64,000 bases of DNA from Eledone cirrhosa (GCA_964016885.1 OZ024742.1:177754001-177818000), one strand, 5' to 3'. Numbered from the stretch's first letter, positions 28,469 through 43,806 are shown. Notes: generated by a model from the letters alone, not told the origin. Program-made: numbers and translations.

Positions 28469-30875
28469 CATGGATTATTACAACATAACAACTTCAATTA
28501 AAGACATTCCTATACCTGGTAAATCTGAGTTCACTAAACTTCTGTTTGAAAAAACTGACTCTTTTGTGAGAAGGCTTAGATAGATCGCTTTTTTCCACGA
28601 CCAGCCCTCTAAAGGAAATTTCTATACTAAGGAACATAATTGTGATCATTTCTTTAACTCTAGATGAAATCCTCCTTTCAACAAAAATCTAGCGCAGTTT
28701 GAGGAAGAATTAACTAATATCATAAGAGGTCTTAAATTCAAGAGAAACCTTTATAGAGGACAGGAGCATCTTATAAATCTCAGGAATACGATTTCGGACC
28801 TTAATTCCTCTAAAAATGTCTTAGTCCACTCCGATATAACTAATAATTTATATGGCGTATCTAAAGATAAGTATAATAATCTTATCCTTAAGGAACTAAG
28901 GAAGAATTATCGTAAAACTAACCACGACAATTTGGAATCTATAAACTTGGAAGCTTCTGAGATTATGTCTAAACTTGGCATCGAGAAAAAGACCGAACCA
29001 TTCTTCCCAAGAACTCCGAGGATAAATCTCAAGGATTATAAAAGTAACTTTCGAACGGAACTGCCTGTTAGACTAATCGCCCCCTGTAAATCAGATATGG
29101 GGGTTGTTAGCAAATCCATCTTGGATAGAATTATCCAACAGGTTCGTTCTAATTGCTCTATTTCTAACTTCAATTAATGGATTTGTACATCTGAAGTAAT
29201 TGGCTGGTTCAATGACCTGAATAATAAAAACAAACAAAAATGTATTCGGTTTGACATTGCCGGTTACTATCCTTCTATTTCGCCTTCACTCCTCAACAAC
29301 GCTCTATCTTTCGCATTTAAATACTCTGACATTACCACAGATGAACTTTACATCATTCTCACCGCAAGAAAAACTATCTTGGAATTCAACAACGAATATT
29401 GGACTAGAGCTGATACTTCCAACAATTTTGATATCACAATGGGTGCGTCCGATTCATCGCAACTGACGGACTTGATTGGTATCTTTATTTTGAATTCTTT
29501 AAATCGGAAAATTCCTCAACTTCGCGGTGGAATTTATCGTGACGATGCCCTTTTTACTGTCTTAAACTGTAACTTAGTTAACCTTAATATTATTAAGAAC
29601 AATATACTTGATCTATTTAAGCAACATAACCTTAAAATTGAATTTGATAACAACGTCAAACTAGCAAACTTCTTGGATATATCCCTTAATCTTGACACTG
29701 GCCTATATTACCCTTACCATAAAGACAATGAGAATCTAAATTATGTTAATTTTAAATCTAACCACCCCACTAACGTTAAAAATGCTATAGTCAGTAATAT
29801 TGAAAAAAGAATCTCAAATCTATCCACTAATAAAGTTATCTTCGACGCTAATGTCAATTACTATAATAATGCGCTTTCCAAAGCCGGTTATCCTGATAAA
29901 ATTAAATATAGTAAAGAAACCAATCATCGAAGGACTTATAGTAAAATAGTTAATTATGAACATTCCAATAACTTAAATAAAAGACCTAGATACAAAAATA
30001 TGATTTGGTATAATGCTCCTTTTTCTCTATCTATTACTAGTAATATTCCTAAACTATTCTTTAAGGCCTTAGATAAATGCTTCCCTCCCTCGTATATCTA
30101 TAGTAAGATCTTTAACAAACATACAATCAAATTCTCTTATTCCACCACTTCCAACATCTCTAACATTATCTCTAAACACAATAATAACATTTTAAATAAT
30201 AAATTATATCCATCCAACACTGAGCGTCATAATAATAGCAATAATAATACCGACGTCAATGTTAACTCTAGGCTAGATTCAGTAAATTTAAATACGACGT
30301 CAAACGTAACTTCGTTGAATGTTCATAACACCAATCTAAATCAGGAAACTATAGTTCCTATCGTAAATAACTTCTCCAATCCAATTCCTTCTATAAATAA
30401 TACTAGGTCACTTGTTAATAACTCTGTTCATTTCTCTAATCGTAATTGTAATTGCCCTGTTAGAACTAAATGTCCTCTTAATAACCAATGTATTGATAAA
30501 AACCTAGTGTATGAATGTAAGGTTATAACTGGTACTGATTCTTTTACCTATTTCGGTTCCACTTCCACTTCCTTTAAAGCAAGATTTTATAATCACAAAT
30601 TGTCTTTTAAATACCAACTTAAAAGAACTAATACGGCACTCTCGGAACTCATATGGTCCTTAAAAGACAAAAATATTAACTATAACATCTCTTGGAGGAA
30701 GGTTTGCAACGCCTTTCCTTACCGAAATTCTTCCCTATCCAGAACTTGTAATCTCTGCCTAGCCGAGAAATTTACCATTATATCTAATTTTAATTCTATA
30801 ATAAATAGACGTATGGATTTATTTTCGCTCTTCTTGTATAAATCCCAGAGAACTTTCCATAAAGTATACAGCTAA
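28469..30875 (+). pseudogene. PLE polyprotein (RT plus GIY-YIG endonuclease) with stops and frameshifts in the 5' third
   Basis: IKDIPIP, PVRLIAPCKSDMG, FDIAGYYPSIS, FDITMGASD, GIYRDDAL, NFLDISL, WYNAPF, CNCPVRTKCPL, LVYECKV..TYFGST..RFYNH. Open from 29379 to 30875. Confidence 0.92.
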
Positions 30876-31889
30876 TATCTCAATACCCAATTAGTTTAAA
30901 ATCTTCTTTTCTCAAAGGCTTTTATATCTTTTACAAATATACCCATCTTTCTACCTTATTTCAGTATATTATATTATACAATTTACTCATTCTATGTCAT
31001 TAGAGGTCCACTGTCTTTCTTCTCTTTATCCTTTTTCCTTTCTTCCTTTTTTCTTTTTTTCTTTTTTTAATTTCTAATCTTTAATCTGTAACTTTTACTT
31101 CTCAATTACTTCTTAATTCATATTATTACTCACTATAGCATTTTTCCATTTTTCCATTTTTCATTATATTATTAACCATAGAAACTATATTTTTTTAATA
31201 TATAATAATATTACCATTAGTAAATTTTGTAAACATATATACTTTTTGACGTTAGACATTTTTTCTTCCTTAAATTTTCTTTTTATTTCTCTAATTCCGT
31301 GCTCGTATTAAACCTATTATTTACTTTTACATATTACAATACATAAAAACAAACTTAAACCCTATCTGATTCCTCTAAGTTCATAATTCAATCTCTCCTT
31401 CTTTCACATTATATCCTTAATATCCTTAATGTTTTAATTTTAATAATACATATTAATAAATTCTTTTTTTCGCACATATTATTAAACCCTTCAATATATA
31501 ATCCTTAAATAAATACCATTCTTAATTCCTTTTCTTTAATCATAAACATCACCATTCATAAACCTCATTAACTTTTAATTTCAAAATATTTTAAATTATC
31601 TATTATCTTCCAACGATTTTTAATTTCTCTCTGTGAGATAATGTTTTCTCAGTTGTAAAGGTTATTTCTCCCTCTCTATCACTCATTTCTCCTCCTCTCT
31701 CATCCTTCCTTCTTATACTCCTCGCCCGTCATCCTTTATTTGTTTTCTTTCTTCCTCTTCCTTACCTTTTCCTACCCCACCCCTCCATTTTTTTCCCAAT
31801 CTCATATATCCATCTTACTTTATTTTTCATATGTTGAGTTAACACGTCACTGCACGTAAGTGTTTTTTAACCTTCATATCATGTCTCCC

Positions 31890-31955
31890 TATTGTATCTG
31901 ATGAGAACGCAAATATCATCCAATGATGATATTTTGAAATGCGCATAATAAAATA
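31890..31955 (+). ncRNA. Type I hammerhead ribozyme motif (family C)
   Basis: tattgtat-CTGATGA-gaacgc-aaatatcatc/gatgatattt-t-GAAA-TGCGCA-TA-ataaaata. Stem II has a 10-bp helix and stem III is palindromic. Confidence 0.8.
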
Positions 31956-31990
31956 CTTGGAACTCTTTTAACCATCTTTTGATCTTATAT

Positions 31991-32061
<71 letters not shown>

Positions 32062-32606
32062 GTGCGTGTATAATTATATGCATTTATGTGTGTATATGCT
32101 TAAGAATTTTCAAGTAAATTCCGTATATTACCAATATCATCATCATTCAACGGACTTTAAATGTTGATGTACATGATGATGATGATGATGATATGCATAA
32201 TGTATACTTAAAAATTCTTAATCGTTTACATAATAGGTAATTGCTATTCATATACTGAAGTTTCACTATTTCAAAAATATAGAATAACTTTAACATGATA
32301 GTGGAGTGTGTTAGACGATAATTGGTGTATTCTAACTGTAGGTCATTATGTAGTTCATAAATTGTCTGTGATTCCCAAGCGACATAAGAAGAAACTAACT
32401 TATTTCCTTTAGTTAGTATAAAGACAAATATATTTGTTATTCCGATAGACAAATTGGTAATTTTGAAATTTTCCATAATTTGATGTAATCGTCGTAAATA
32501 TGATCTACCATTAAAGAAGAAGAAGAAGAAGAAGAAGAAGATTCTATTAGGAGAGTCATTGAGTCACATTTATATATATAAACATGTACACACACACACA
32601 CACACA

Positions 32607-32666
<60 letters not shown>

Positions 32667-32683
32667 TATATATATAATAGATT

Positions 32684-33390
32684 GAGTTAGAAACTCAAAA
32701 TAGTCTTTTACTATTAAATAGCTCAAAGAAAGGAATTTTTCCGAGCCGTGTAACATAATATAATTGAATATATGAGAGAGCTGAACACAGATATAAGTAT
32801 ACATGTGTTCCAATTGCAAAGGACCAAGGTAACTAGGTTGAAGAAAATGCTAACTTAATTCAATATGGTTTGCCTGTTCTCGATTTAAAGTAATAAATCA
32901 ATAAAAATAAGAAACCTTTATCGGGTAAAAGCCTTTGACACACAGACAGACCTAAATCTGTTCCGCAAGAATTATTAGGTGAAAGCCACTAGTTCTGTGC
33001 TCTTCAGTAGATATCCAAAAATTAGCAGACCTTTCACTTCTAAGGATCTAAGAAGAGTGAAATATATGCTGATATAAAAGCACGTGTTACAGCGCCTGGC
33101 GCGTCTCACATACTCATGCCGCTAAAAATAGCAGCAGGGTTTATGAGACTAAAGTTAGCTCTACATATTGGAGCCGAGAATATCATATATTGAGTTCGAA
33201 ACTCAAAATAGTATTTTATAATTAAATAGCTCCAAGAAAGAAACTATTCTGAGCCGTGTAACATAATACAATTGAATATATGAGAGAGATGAACACAGAT
33301 ATAAGTATACATGTGTTCCAATTGCAAAGAACCAAGTTAACTAGGTTGAAAAAATAATACAATATGGTTTGCCTGAATCAATTTAAAGTG
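32684..33390. repeat. Direct repeat, ~200 bp, period ~508 bp
   Basis: gagtt(a/c)gaaactcaaaatagt...aatatggtttgcctg at about 32684-32890 and about 33192-33390. Confidence 0.85.
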
Positions 33391-33560
33391 CATTACTGGT
33401 ATATATTTCATCGACCGCGCGAGGATGAAAAGCAAAGTTAACCTCCGCGGGATTTGAACTCAAACCGTAAAGGGCCGAAAATCTATGTTGTGAGATGTAT
33501 ACATATATATATATATATCTGAGATGTATACATATATATATATATGTATCTATCTATCTA

Positions 33561-33734
33561 TCTAAGGCGGGTAAAATTCCCGAGATCCATGGACGAGTTC
33601 TCTCCAGCGGTCTCTGTCCCTCATTATCGCTGCCATATCCTGCATCTCCAACAGACCAGTGTCTGTCCTTAGGGCATCAACATATGTTAACCTTGGTCTT
33701 CCTCTTCTAGTGTGTCCATGTAGGGGTTCCCAAA
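33561..33734 (-). mobile_element. RTE-like LINE 3' end
   Basis: Matches 35227-35385 and 61865-62106 ([14 protein letters not shown]...DRDRWR). Ends in a (TAGA)n tail. Confidence 0.8.
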
Positions 33735-33774
33735 TATGTATGTATATATATATATATATATATGCTGTGAGATG

Positions 33775-33841
<67 letters not shown>

Positions 33842-33971
33842 GCTGTGAGATGTATACGTATATATATATATGCTTGACCGGTGTATCACGTGATAGAGTC
33901 TCCCTCCACCTTTTTGAGATTTTCTCGCATGCTACGGACGTATGTAGTTAGGGCTCTTCCCTGAGGTGTGC

Positions 33972-34062
33972 TCCCTTGATAAGCTGGCTTACCTCACAAC
34001 AATGTTACATATCTATGATATAACATTTTTGCATAGTGACCAGCGAAACTGTACAGTCGGGA
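33972..34062 (+). ncRNA. Hammerhead ribozyme, U3-A8 core variant (family D)
   Basis: tccc-TTGATAA-gctgg...ccagc-GAAA-CTGTACAG-TC-ggga. All three stems pair and the triplet is GUC. Confidence 0.82.
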
Positions 34063-34285
34063 CGAAGAAAGAATAGGTATATTGTGTCTATTATTCCTTC
34101 TTATTTTATAATATTTTACATAGCTCTGATATTGTGTCAATTTAATTATTTCGATTATCTTGTCTATCATAATCATAGAGTAACACTGGTTAAGGTCGAC
34201 AACATAGACTCTCACATACTTGTGAAAAATATATGTTTATATATACATGTATATGTATGTATGCACATATATCTGTATACCTCTC

Positions 34286-34472
34286 ATTGGTTTGGCAGTA
34301 TCGGTAGAGTGTCGGACGCCATGCTTTGACGCATAGAGTTACGGCCTTTGCCATTCTGAGTTCAAATCCCGCCGTGGTTAACTCTGCCTTTCATCCTTAC
34401 TGTGTCGATAAAATAAAGTTCCAAGTAATGCACTGGGTAATTGCTGGCCTTGTGCCAAAAGTAGAAACAAAT
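34286..34472 (+). mobile_element. tRNA-derived SINE
   Basis: Same family as 4468, with A and B boxes. Partial copies also at about 8325-8426 and 33388-33480 (minus). Confidence 0.85.
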
Positions 34473-34723
34473 ATTGTCTCTAACTCCCTGACGGTAGAGT
34501 AACCACGGAAGTATAGTGACTGCTTTGAAGCAAACACTATATACACATCTAGTCAACCATACGACCCCTCTGTATCCTCTGTATCATTTTAATATCCCCC
34601 CCGCCTTCTGAGATATTTTTCACTGCCACAAGGGATTAATCCCCTTTCTTGACCGGTGTATGACGTGAGATTTTCTAGCATGATGCTACGGACGTATGTA
34701 GTTAGGTCTCTTCCCTGAGGTGC

Positions 34724-34805
34724 TCCCTTGATAAGCTGGCTTACCTCACAATAATGTTACATATAACATTTTTGCTAAGTGACCAGCGAAACTATACAGT
34801 CGGGA
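34724..34805 (+). ncRNA. Hammerhead ribozyme, U3-A8 variant (family D, copy 2)
   Basis: tccc-TTGATAA-gctgg...ccagc-GAAA-ctatacag-TC-ggga. Confidence 0.75.
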
Positions 34806-34870
34806 CGAAGAAAAAATAGGTATATATTATGTCTATTATTCCTTTTTACTTTATAATATTATATATATAA

Positions 34871-34915
<45 letters not shown>

Positions 34916-34933
34916 AGAAGTATACATATATAT

Positions 34934-35395
34934 ATGTCAACTCTGGATGTCGGTGAGCATGTCCAGCTAACCTCAGTCTCCTCTGTGTCACTTTTGAGCT
35001 GACTTTTGGGAAGCTCCCATTTAGCTCTGAGTTTTTCATCCTCAGTGTATACTGATTAATGTTCAGAGCCATCCTCAGCATTCTCGTGTAGCACCCATCC
35101 ACCATCTGAGTGAGTTTCTTGGTCAGTGTCCAAGTCTCAGACCCATACAGCAGCAGAGACTCCACTACAGCAATGAAGAGGCGGATTTTCAGGTCTTTAC
35201 GAAGGTCCGACTTCTACACCGATCTCATGGACACACTAGAAGAGGAAGACCAAGGTTAACGCATGTTGATGCCCTAAGGACAGACACTGGTCTGTTGGAT
35301 ACGCAGGACATGGCAGCGATAATGAGGGACAGAGACCGCTGGAGAGAACTCGTCCATGGATATCGGGAATTTTACCCGCCTTAGAATAGAATAGA
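34934..35395. mobile_element. RTE-like LINE insertion with 5' inversion
   Basis: 34934-35230 encodes LLYGSETWTL...RRLRLAGH on the minus strand. 35227-35385 is the 3' end on the plus strand, with a TAGAA tail. Confidence 0.85.
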
Positions 35396-35421
35396 ATATA
35401 TATATATATACTGTGAGATGT

Positions 35422-35525
<104 letters not shown>

Positions 35526-35870
35526 GTGTGTGTATTTATATATATTCATATAACTCAAGGATATATGTGGATATATTCATGTATATGTATGTGTCCGCAT
35601 GTATCTGTGTGTTTCTCTATATATTGTTTATAACTCCCTTTGGTCGAGTAACCTTTGAAGTGTAGTGACTGCTGGAAAGCTACCATTACTCATACTTCTC
35701 CCCACCTTAGCCCCCTCTTCTACGGCTTTGATATAAGTACCCCCTCCGCCTCCGTGGTATTTTTGTCAGGGTTATAAGAGGCTTAGCTCTGTTTCGTGAT
35801 TGATACCCCTCCGCATTTCAGGATTCTATCTCGCGTCCTACGGACGTGTTTTGAAACTCTTAATGAGGTA

Positions 35871-35963
35871 TCCTCTTGATAAGTCCGCAGAGCTCACAAA
35901 AATTCCATATCTCTGTGATGTAGTGTTTTTGCATAATATGTCACGAAACTATGTAGTCGTGGA
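35871..35963 (+). ncRNA. Diverged U3-A8 hammerhead motif (family D, copy 3)
   Basis: tcctc-TTGATAA-gt...ac-GAAA-ctatgtag-TC-gtgga. The core is kept although the surrounding sequence has diverged strongly. Confidence 0.62.
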
Positions 35964-36029
35964 CTAAAGAACCAGTTTGGGTATGATATATCTTATCATT
36001 AATTATATCTAATGTTTCTTCTCTCTTCA

Positions 36030-36065
<36 letters not shown>

Positions 36066-36224
36066 GTTTTTGCATTTGTTTTTCAAGATGTTCTTTTATC
36101 TGAAAACGTGTGTTGAAATAGATGTTGTTATAATATGGGAGGGTCATGATGATGGATTTCACTAAAATTTCCCAGTCGGTTATTTGATTAACCGGACGGA
36201 TGTGTCCAGTATCAGTATATGGTC

Positions 36225-36383
36225 TGGCGCCATCGTTTGCAGCATAGAGTGTCGGCCCTTTACGGTTTGAGTTCAAATCCCGCGGAGGTTAACTTTGCCT
36301 TTCATCTTCACGGGGTCGATAAAATATATACCAGTAATGCACTGGGATACTTGCTGCCCTAGTGCCAAAAGTAGAAACAATTA
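36225..36383 (+). mobile_element. tRNA-derived SINE
   Basis: GAGTTCAAATCCCGCGGAGGTTAACTTTGCCTTTCATC body. Confidence 0.8.
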
Positions 36384-36502
36384 TTAAACAAACCGACCGA
36401 GAAATTATTATAATAAATTAAAGGGAAAATCCAACAGGTGCGTGTGTTCTTTTATTGGCAGACTGACCCTCCAAAAGTATATATATATATATATATATAT
36501 AT

Positions 36503-36604
<102 letters not shown>

Positions 36605-36799
36605 GTGTGTGTGTTACGGTAACTTCGTGTTAATTAATCTGTTATTAATTTTTAAGTTATAGATATAAATATTTCACAACTTTTACATATTGATATTTCA
36701 CGTTTTCATTATGTATTACGTTAGGTCAGCAACACACTCCTCTAATTTTGATACTGATATTCCAATATCAATATATTACATTTCTTCTCATCTTTCTAT

Positions 36800-37190
36800 G
36801 TAAGGCCAGGTCTACCTACGTGACGCATCCCCATCTGAAGTTGGCCCTAAGTGATAATTTTAGGCACACTTTCATCAATCATCCTTACAACATGCCCAGC
36901 CCATCTTAATTGAGGCTGCATTAAGAATGCCTCCCATGCTTTTTATGTCTCATTTATGAAACAGTTTTTTATTCGTGACTTTGTCTTTCCACGTAAAACT
37001 ACAAATTTCTAAGACATCTCTTGTGAGATGTATACAACTTTGTTGTATATTTTGTTTATGTATCCATGATTCGGTCCCATGCAGCCATTTTGTGACGACA
37101 AATAAACGGATTAAAATGAAACTTTGTTTTTTTAAACTCAATCTTCTCTCATTCCTTATCCTTCCTTGCATCACTAGCCTTGACAATCCT
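36800..37190 (-). mobile_element. Highly degraded RTE-like LINE fragment
   Basis: LHGTESW...WKDKVTN and LRWAGH-like motifs on the minus strand. Confidence 0.5.
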
Positions 37191-37709
37191 ATTTACTATT
37201 TCATCGTTTAAAGAAGCACTAAAATTGATTTTCTTTCTTAAGTATTTATAGAACATCTTATATATATATCACTAACGGGTCGATAAAATATCGTTCCCTG
37301 GGGATATATAAAATCTCAAGCAACTTAAACTCAAGGAGCCTGACCAGTATGATGTTCTATAAATATGTTTGCTTCTCTGAATAAGATATCTTAAATATAT
37401 TTTTTCATTGAGATCTTATGTAGATTCGTGACGATTTTTAATTGCGTATAATTACAATAATACTGCTCTTAATTAATGTGGAGCTGAAAATGTGACTGTA
37501 TTGACTTGTATTTCTAGCAGAATTTTGTCCGTTTATACAAATATGTACTTGAATTAACATAAAAGTAAAGTGTATATATGAAGGACACAAAACATCACCG
37601 TGTCCAAGAATCGAACTCACAAACTCTCAATTACAAGCCCAACGCGCTGACCACTAAGCCATGTGCCTTCGGTCTAAACACGATCTTACAGCATTCATAT
37701 TGATGTGGG

Positions 37710-37784
<75 letters not shown>

Positions 37785-37943
37785 GATGGCTGCCCCCTCG
37801 TTATCGAGTATGGCCATTGCATGATATACCATTATTAATAATTATTAATTAATTCTATCGTGCAATGCCTGTGTATGAAGATATGTTTTAAAGTGAGGAA
37901 AGACTGTGTACTGAACCAATCCCACTCTCTGAGCGACAGTAGC

Positions 37944-38040
<97 letters not shown>

Positions 38041-38041
38041 G

Positions 38042-38093
<52 letters not shown>

Positions 38094-38168
38094 GATATAT
38101 ATATATATATATATATAAAATATTAAACAAATAATGAATAAACAATTCCTTATATTAAACAAAAAAAG

Positions 38169-38323
38169 TTCATTATTTAACGATCGTTTCTAGGATATAT
38201 ATGTGTTAGAATTGGTATGCATATTCAACAGATCTATGTACAAAATTATACAAAATTATACAAATTATCAAGATTAAATATACATACCAAACACATATAT
38301 ACGCCGTCTTCAGAAATAATGAA
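38169..38323 (-). ncRNA. Type I hammerhead with 116-nt stem II (family E)
   Basis: Reverse complement of 45913-46067. Confidence 0.8.
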
Positions 38324-39245
38324 GTATATTTATTGATAATAACAACAATTCAAAATTTCAGGTCCGTTTGGGAACAAAATTGACCAATGAAAACACAAAG
38401 GGTTAAATGCAGTTCGGTGTGTGTATATACATGTAAAACCCTTACACATATTTTACAAAAATGTATGTATAATTTGTATACGCATACTAAAAGGATGGAT
38501 GCAAATACAAAATTTCAAGGTTAATGTCTCTGTGAGTTTATAATGCACAGATAAGATGCGTATTGACATTTATGAAATTAAGTATATAAATATATTTTTT
38601 CATACTCACACATATCCGTACAATCACACATACACGCGCGTATATGCATAAATATACACATAACCACGAACATACAAACACACACACACCCCCACTCACA
38701 TTTATATATGTGGATATAAAATCATAAGCACATGGATATTAATTCACTCACATAAAACACTGGCACACACATTTTTAGATCAAGATACAGAAATTAGGTG
38801 GGAGGGGGGGGGTCAGTATTCAACGGTCTGAGCAGACTGCCTACTATAGATGTATCTATAAACTAAGAAAAATAAAAAAATAAAAAAATAAAATATAATA
38901 AATAAACATTAAAGAGGAAAGAATAGAAAGAAAAACAGAAAAAAAGAAAAAAGAAAAAAGAAAAAAGAAATATATCAAGAAAATAAATATATATATATAT
39001 ACACATATATACACATACATATACATATATATATATATATATACACACACACATATATATATATATAAATATACATATATATACACATAGACACACACAC
39101 ACCCATACATAAATATACACACATATACAAACACATACATACATATACACACATCCACACTAAGAACATACATACACACACATATATAAACATATACATA
39201 TACACGCGTACATACATACACACATATACATACAAATACATATAC

Positions 39246-39298
<53 letters not shown>

Positions 39299-39614
39299 TA
39301 TGTATATACACGTACATATACACACACATATACATATAATCACACATACTATATATACACAGATATATATAACCACACACATACATGCACATATACAACA
39401 CTTACATACTAATATACATACAGATATACACATACATAGCTATATATACACACAAATATATACAGACTTACATATATACATACAGACAAATACTTACGCA
39501 TCTATATATCGGTATATACATACAAACACCACTACACTATCACACAACTTAGAAATACAAAGAGAAAGGTATATACCTATACACACATACATATACGAAT
39601 AGAAAAACATATAG

Positions 39615-39645
<31 letters not shown>

Positions 39646-39668
39646 TATACATATACATATATATATAT

Positions 39669-39710
<42 letters not shown>

Positions 39711-39949
39711 CAAATACACATACACACACATACAGATATATACACATACATACATGTACACACACATAGAAATATTTACGCATACACACATACACACATA
39801 CATATAAAGTCATACACACACATACACCTACACGAACATACACATACACATATATAAAAGATATATATACACACACACACACACATAACACATACACACA
39901 TACACATATATATAAAAAATAAATAATAAAGATATATACATATATATAT

Positions 39950-40002
<53 letters not shown>

Positions 40003-40371
40003 CACCTAAATATACATACACATACATACACACATACATAGACATACATGTACATACATACACGTACATCGATATACATATATATATATATACACACATA
40101 GACATATACATACATACACACACAACTTACATACACACATATATATACATGTATATTCATACATAGAATTAGATATATAATCATACATACATATGCACTT
40201 ACTTATACTCATATATACAAATACATACGCATCCATATATGCGTATATACATAAAAAACCACTACAACCTCACCTAACTCAGACATACAAATAAAAATAA
40301 TAATAAAAAGGCATATGTATATACATACACACACGCATTAATAGAGATATATATATACACATACATACACA

Positions 40372-40422
<51 letters not shown>

Positions 40423-40675
40423 ACTCATGCATATATATATATATATATACATAGATACCCACACACTCATACCATCATAAATACACATACAAACACCCAC
40501 ATATACATATATATACACACGTATATATATATATATATATATACACACACATAAAAAACAGACATGCACATATATATATATTTTTTTACACTTATATATA
40601 CACATATTATATACACATACACAACCTCACTTATACACACATACACATAAGTTATATTATAATAATAAAAAATAA

Positions 40676-40709
<34 letters not shown>

Positions 40710-40801
40710 CATACATACATATATACATATATATACACATATAAACATATACATACATATATACACACATACAAATATAGACATATATTCACACATAGAC
40801 A

Positions 40802-40875
<74 letters not shown>

Positions 40876-42519
40876 TACATATACACAGACACATATACAC
40901 ACTCACATATATATGTGTGTGCACACACACATATATACACACATACACATATATACACATAAACACATATATGTGCATACATGCACACACACACACATAT
41001 ATCACATAGATAAGAAGATAGACATATAAATAGAGAGACATACATATATAACAACACACATACACACACATACATACACATACATATACATATACATATA
41101 TATATACATATATATATTCCTATATATACATATATACATATATATACACATATATACACATACATACACATATACGTACACACATTCACATACATATACA
41201 TATATACATGCATATATACACATATATACATACATACACACACTCATATATACACACACAATCTTACATTCATATTTGCATGCGCATATAAGTATTTTTA
41301 TATTTAGATATAAATACCCAAACCTATATAGACACCTACCTACATATATATTCATACATACACGCTTACAAATACAGATGATAATAGTATGGTGGAAAGG
41401 GGGGGTTTGGAGAAGGGGATCAAAGTAAATATATGTTTCAAGAAACATAGAATATTTTCCGTATCTTTATCCAATGTATGTTTTTACATAGTTTCAGTGT
41501 TAGGAAATACAACAAACAAGAACTAAGGCAAAATCTATGCATCTCAAAATAAACAAGTATATCATTAATTATATGTTAACTAAACCAAAGATAGTTAACA
41601 TATTGATTTCTAAGGTGTAAATTAGTTAGGTTTATAATATTTGAAGCAGAATTTTGAAGTTAAATAGTAGTAGAGTATTAATTACAGTATAACTAAATTA
41701 AAGTTAATAACGTTATGGTATCAATATTAGGAAATGAATTTAGTAATAGGGAAAAAAACAAATAAAATAAAGTATTACATCGGTAGTAGAATATAAATTA
41801 TAGGTTAACTAAATTAAAAATTATATATTTATTTCTATAGTATATGTTAATTAGGTATACAATACATAAAGCAGATATTGTATTTCATCAATAGCATAAT
41901 ATAATTATATGCAAATAGAAATCAAAATTAATACGCATACATATACATATACATACACATACACATATACATATATATACACACATATATACATATATAT
42001 ACATACATACACATATACATACACACATACATACACATACACATATACATATACATATCTTTTTCAAAAAATTGCATAGAATATATTAACTAGGTATATA
42101 TCCAAAACACATCCCATTCTATGATTACATGACATTCTGCAATTCGTCTGTATAAGGATACTAATTTTAAGCAAATTAAAATTAAATTTTTAGGTTGATT
42201 AAAATTAAAACCAAATTATAAATATATTTCTAAAATGTATATTAATTAGGTCTATAATACTAAAAATTATTTCTCTGTCATTGGATACACGATATTATTT
42301 TGTTATATTTTATCTGTAAAAGAATTATAATAAAAGGTTTAAATAAATTAAAATTAATCTATAAATTAAATTACTAAGTATATATTAGTAATATTTAAAG
42401 GTTTTTCACAATTTATGATTACATAATATTTTATATTCTCATCTGTAATAAAATTTTAATTAAATTAAATTTATAGGTTAACTAACATTTAAATTAAATT
42501 AATTTCTAAAATAATGTTA

Positions 42520-43594
42520 TTAATTAGGTTTATAATATTTAAATGTTTTTTTTAGTTTATGATTACACGATATAATTAATTCCTGTCGTTTATTTAATAA
42601 GATATCCTTAGACTTCATTATTTCAAATAGTTCTTGGGAACATAATCTACATTTATTTCTATTATTTTGATAAGGGGTGGCTCTTTTGAGCACACTCCAG
42701 GTCAAATCATATTCTATATTCTTATTTTTATAACTATTGATTTTTTCTGCTAGAGATGTTGTATTAGCCAGTGCGGCATTTTTAAAACTATGCTTGTGGG
42801 TATTAAACCTTGTCTTAAAATTGTTAGAGGTAGCTCCTATATATGAGCAAATAGAATCTTTAGTTTTAACATTACATTTATAGACTATGTTGTTAACAAG
42901 ACAATTCCCTTTTAATGGGCAGTTTGCTTTGTTTCTACAGTTACATCCTTTCGTTAATTCTGTATTTGAGGAGATATTATGGTTAATTTGATGTACTGGT
43001 GGTATACTTATGGTTTTCTTACATTTATATGCATTATATGCACTTATATTTTGTTTTATGTTATTTGTTGTAGAGTATGAGAATTTAACTGTAGACCTAT
43101 TTAAGATTTGATGGTATTTGTGGTTTGGCGGGAAGTTTTTCTCAAGGATATAAAAAAATTTTTTAGCAATATTATCCTTAACTTGTAAATTAAAAGGAGC
43201 ATTATACCAAGTAACCCGTCTATTACGGTTTCTATGTTGTTTATTATTTTTATTATTTTTATAGGTTGTATCGTGATTTTTACTAGGAGGATTAATGTTA
43301 ATGATCTCACCACAACTATTTTTAGTTATATTTGTAGATTTAGGTGTTTTATCCTTTTTATTAGGAGTTTTATTATTAATTTTTATTAGAGTTGTATGAT
43401 GAGTAGTTTTTTGAGAGTTACTATACTTTATATTAGAAGATTTGGTATTTTGGGGTATAGTGTGGGTGGCATTTAGGTGTGTACTTTTCATTTGGTGTTT
43501 GTTGGTAATATTATGTTGTATGCTTTCAGTATTTTTAGTAGAAGGTATATACTCTAATCTATTTTTTGTAGAAGGTATATACTCTAATCTATTT
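42520..43594 (-). CDS. C-terminal part of a PLE ORF (linker plus GIY-YIG endonuclease), uninterrupted but 5'-truncated
   Basis: VTWYNAPF, ILNRSTVKFSYS, CNCRNKANCPLKGNC, IVYKC..SYIGAT..RFNTH, CRLC..E. The ORF track's N-terminus upstream of 43594 lies in the inverted arm and is spurious. Confidence 0.88.
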
Positions 43595-43806
43595 GTTGTG
43601 TATGTGTATATAATATGTGTATATATAAGTGTAAAAAAATATATATATATGTGCATGTCTGTTTTTTATGTGTGTGTATATATATATATATATATATACG
43701 TGTGTATATATATGTATATGTGGGTGTTTGTATGTGTATTTATGATGGTATGAGTGTGTGGGTATCTATGTATATATATATATATATATGCATGAGTGTA
43801 TGTGTG

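Larger units (their letters stand above)
28189..31995 (+). mobile_element. Near full-length Penelope-like element with inverted 5' segment and 3' HHR
   Basis: Disrupted ORF 28469-30875, long pyrimidine-rich 3' UTR, HHR at 31890. 28189-28335 is an inverted terminal segment. (TA)n lies on both sides. Confidence 0.93.
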
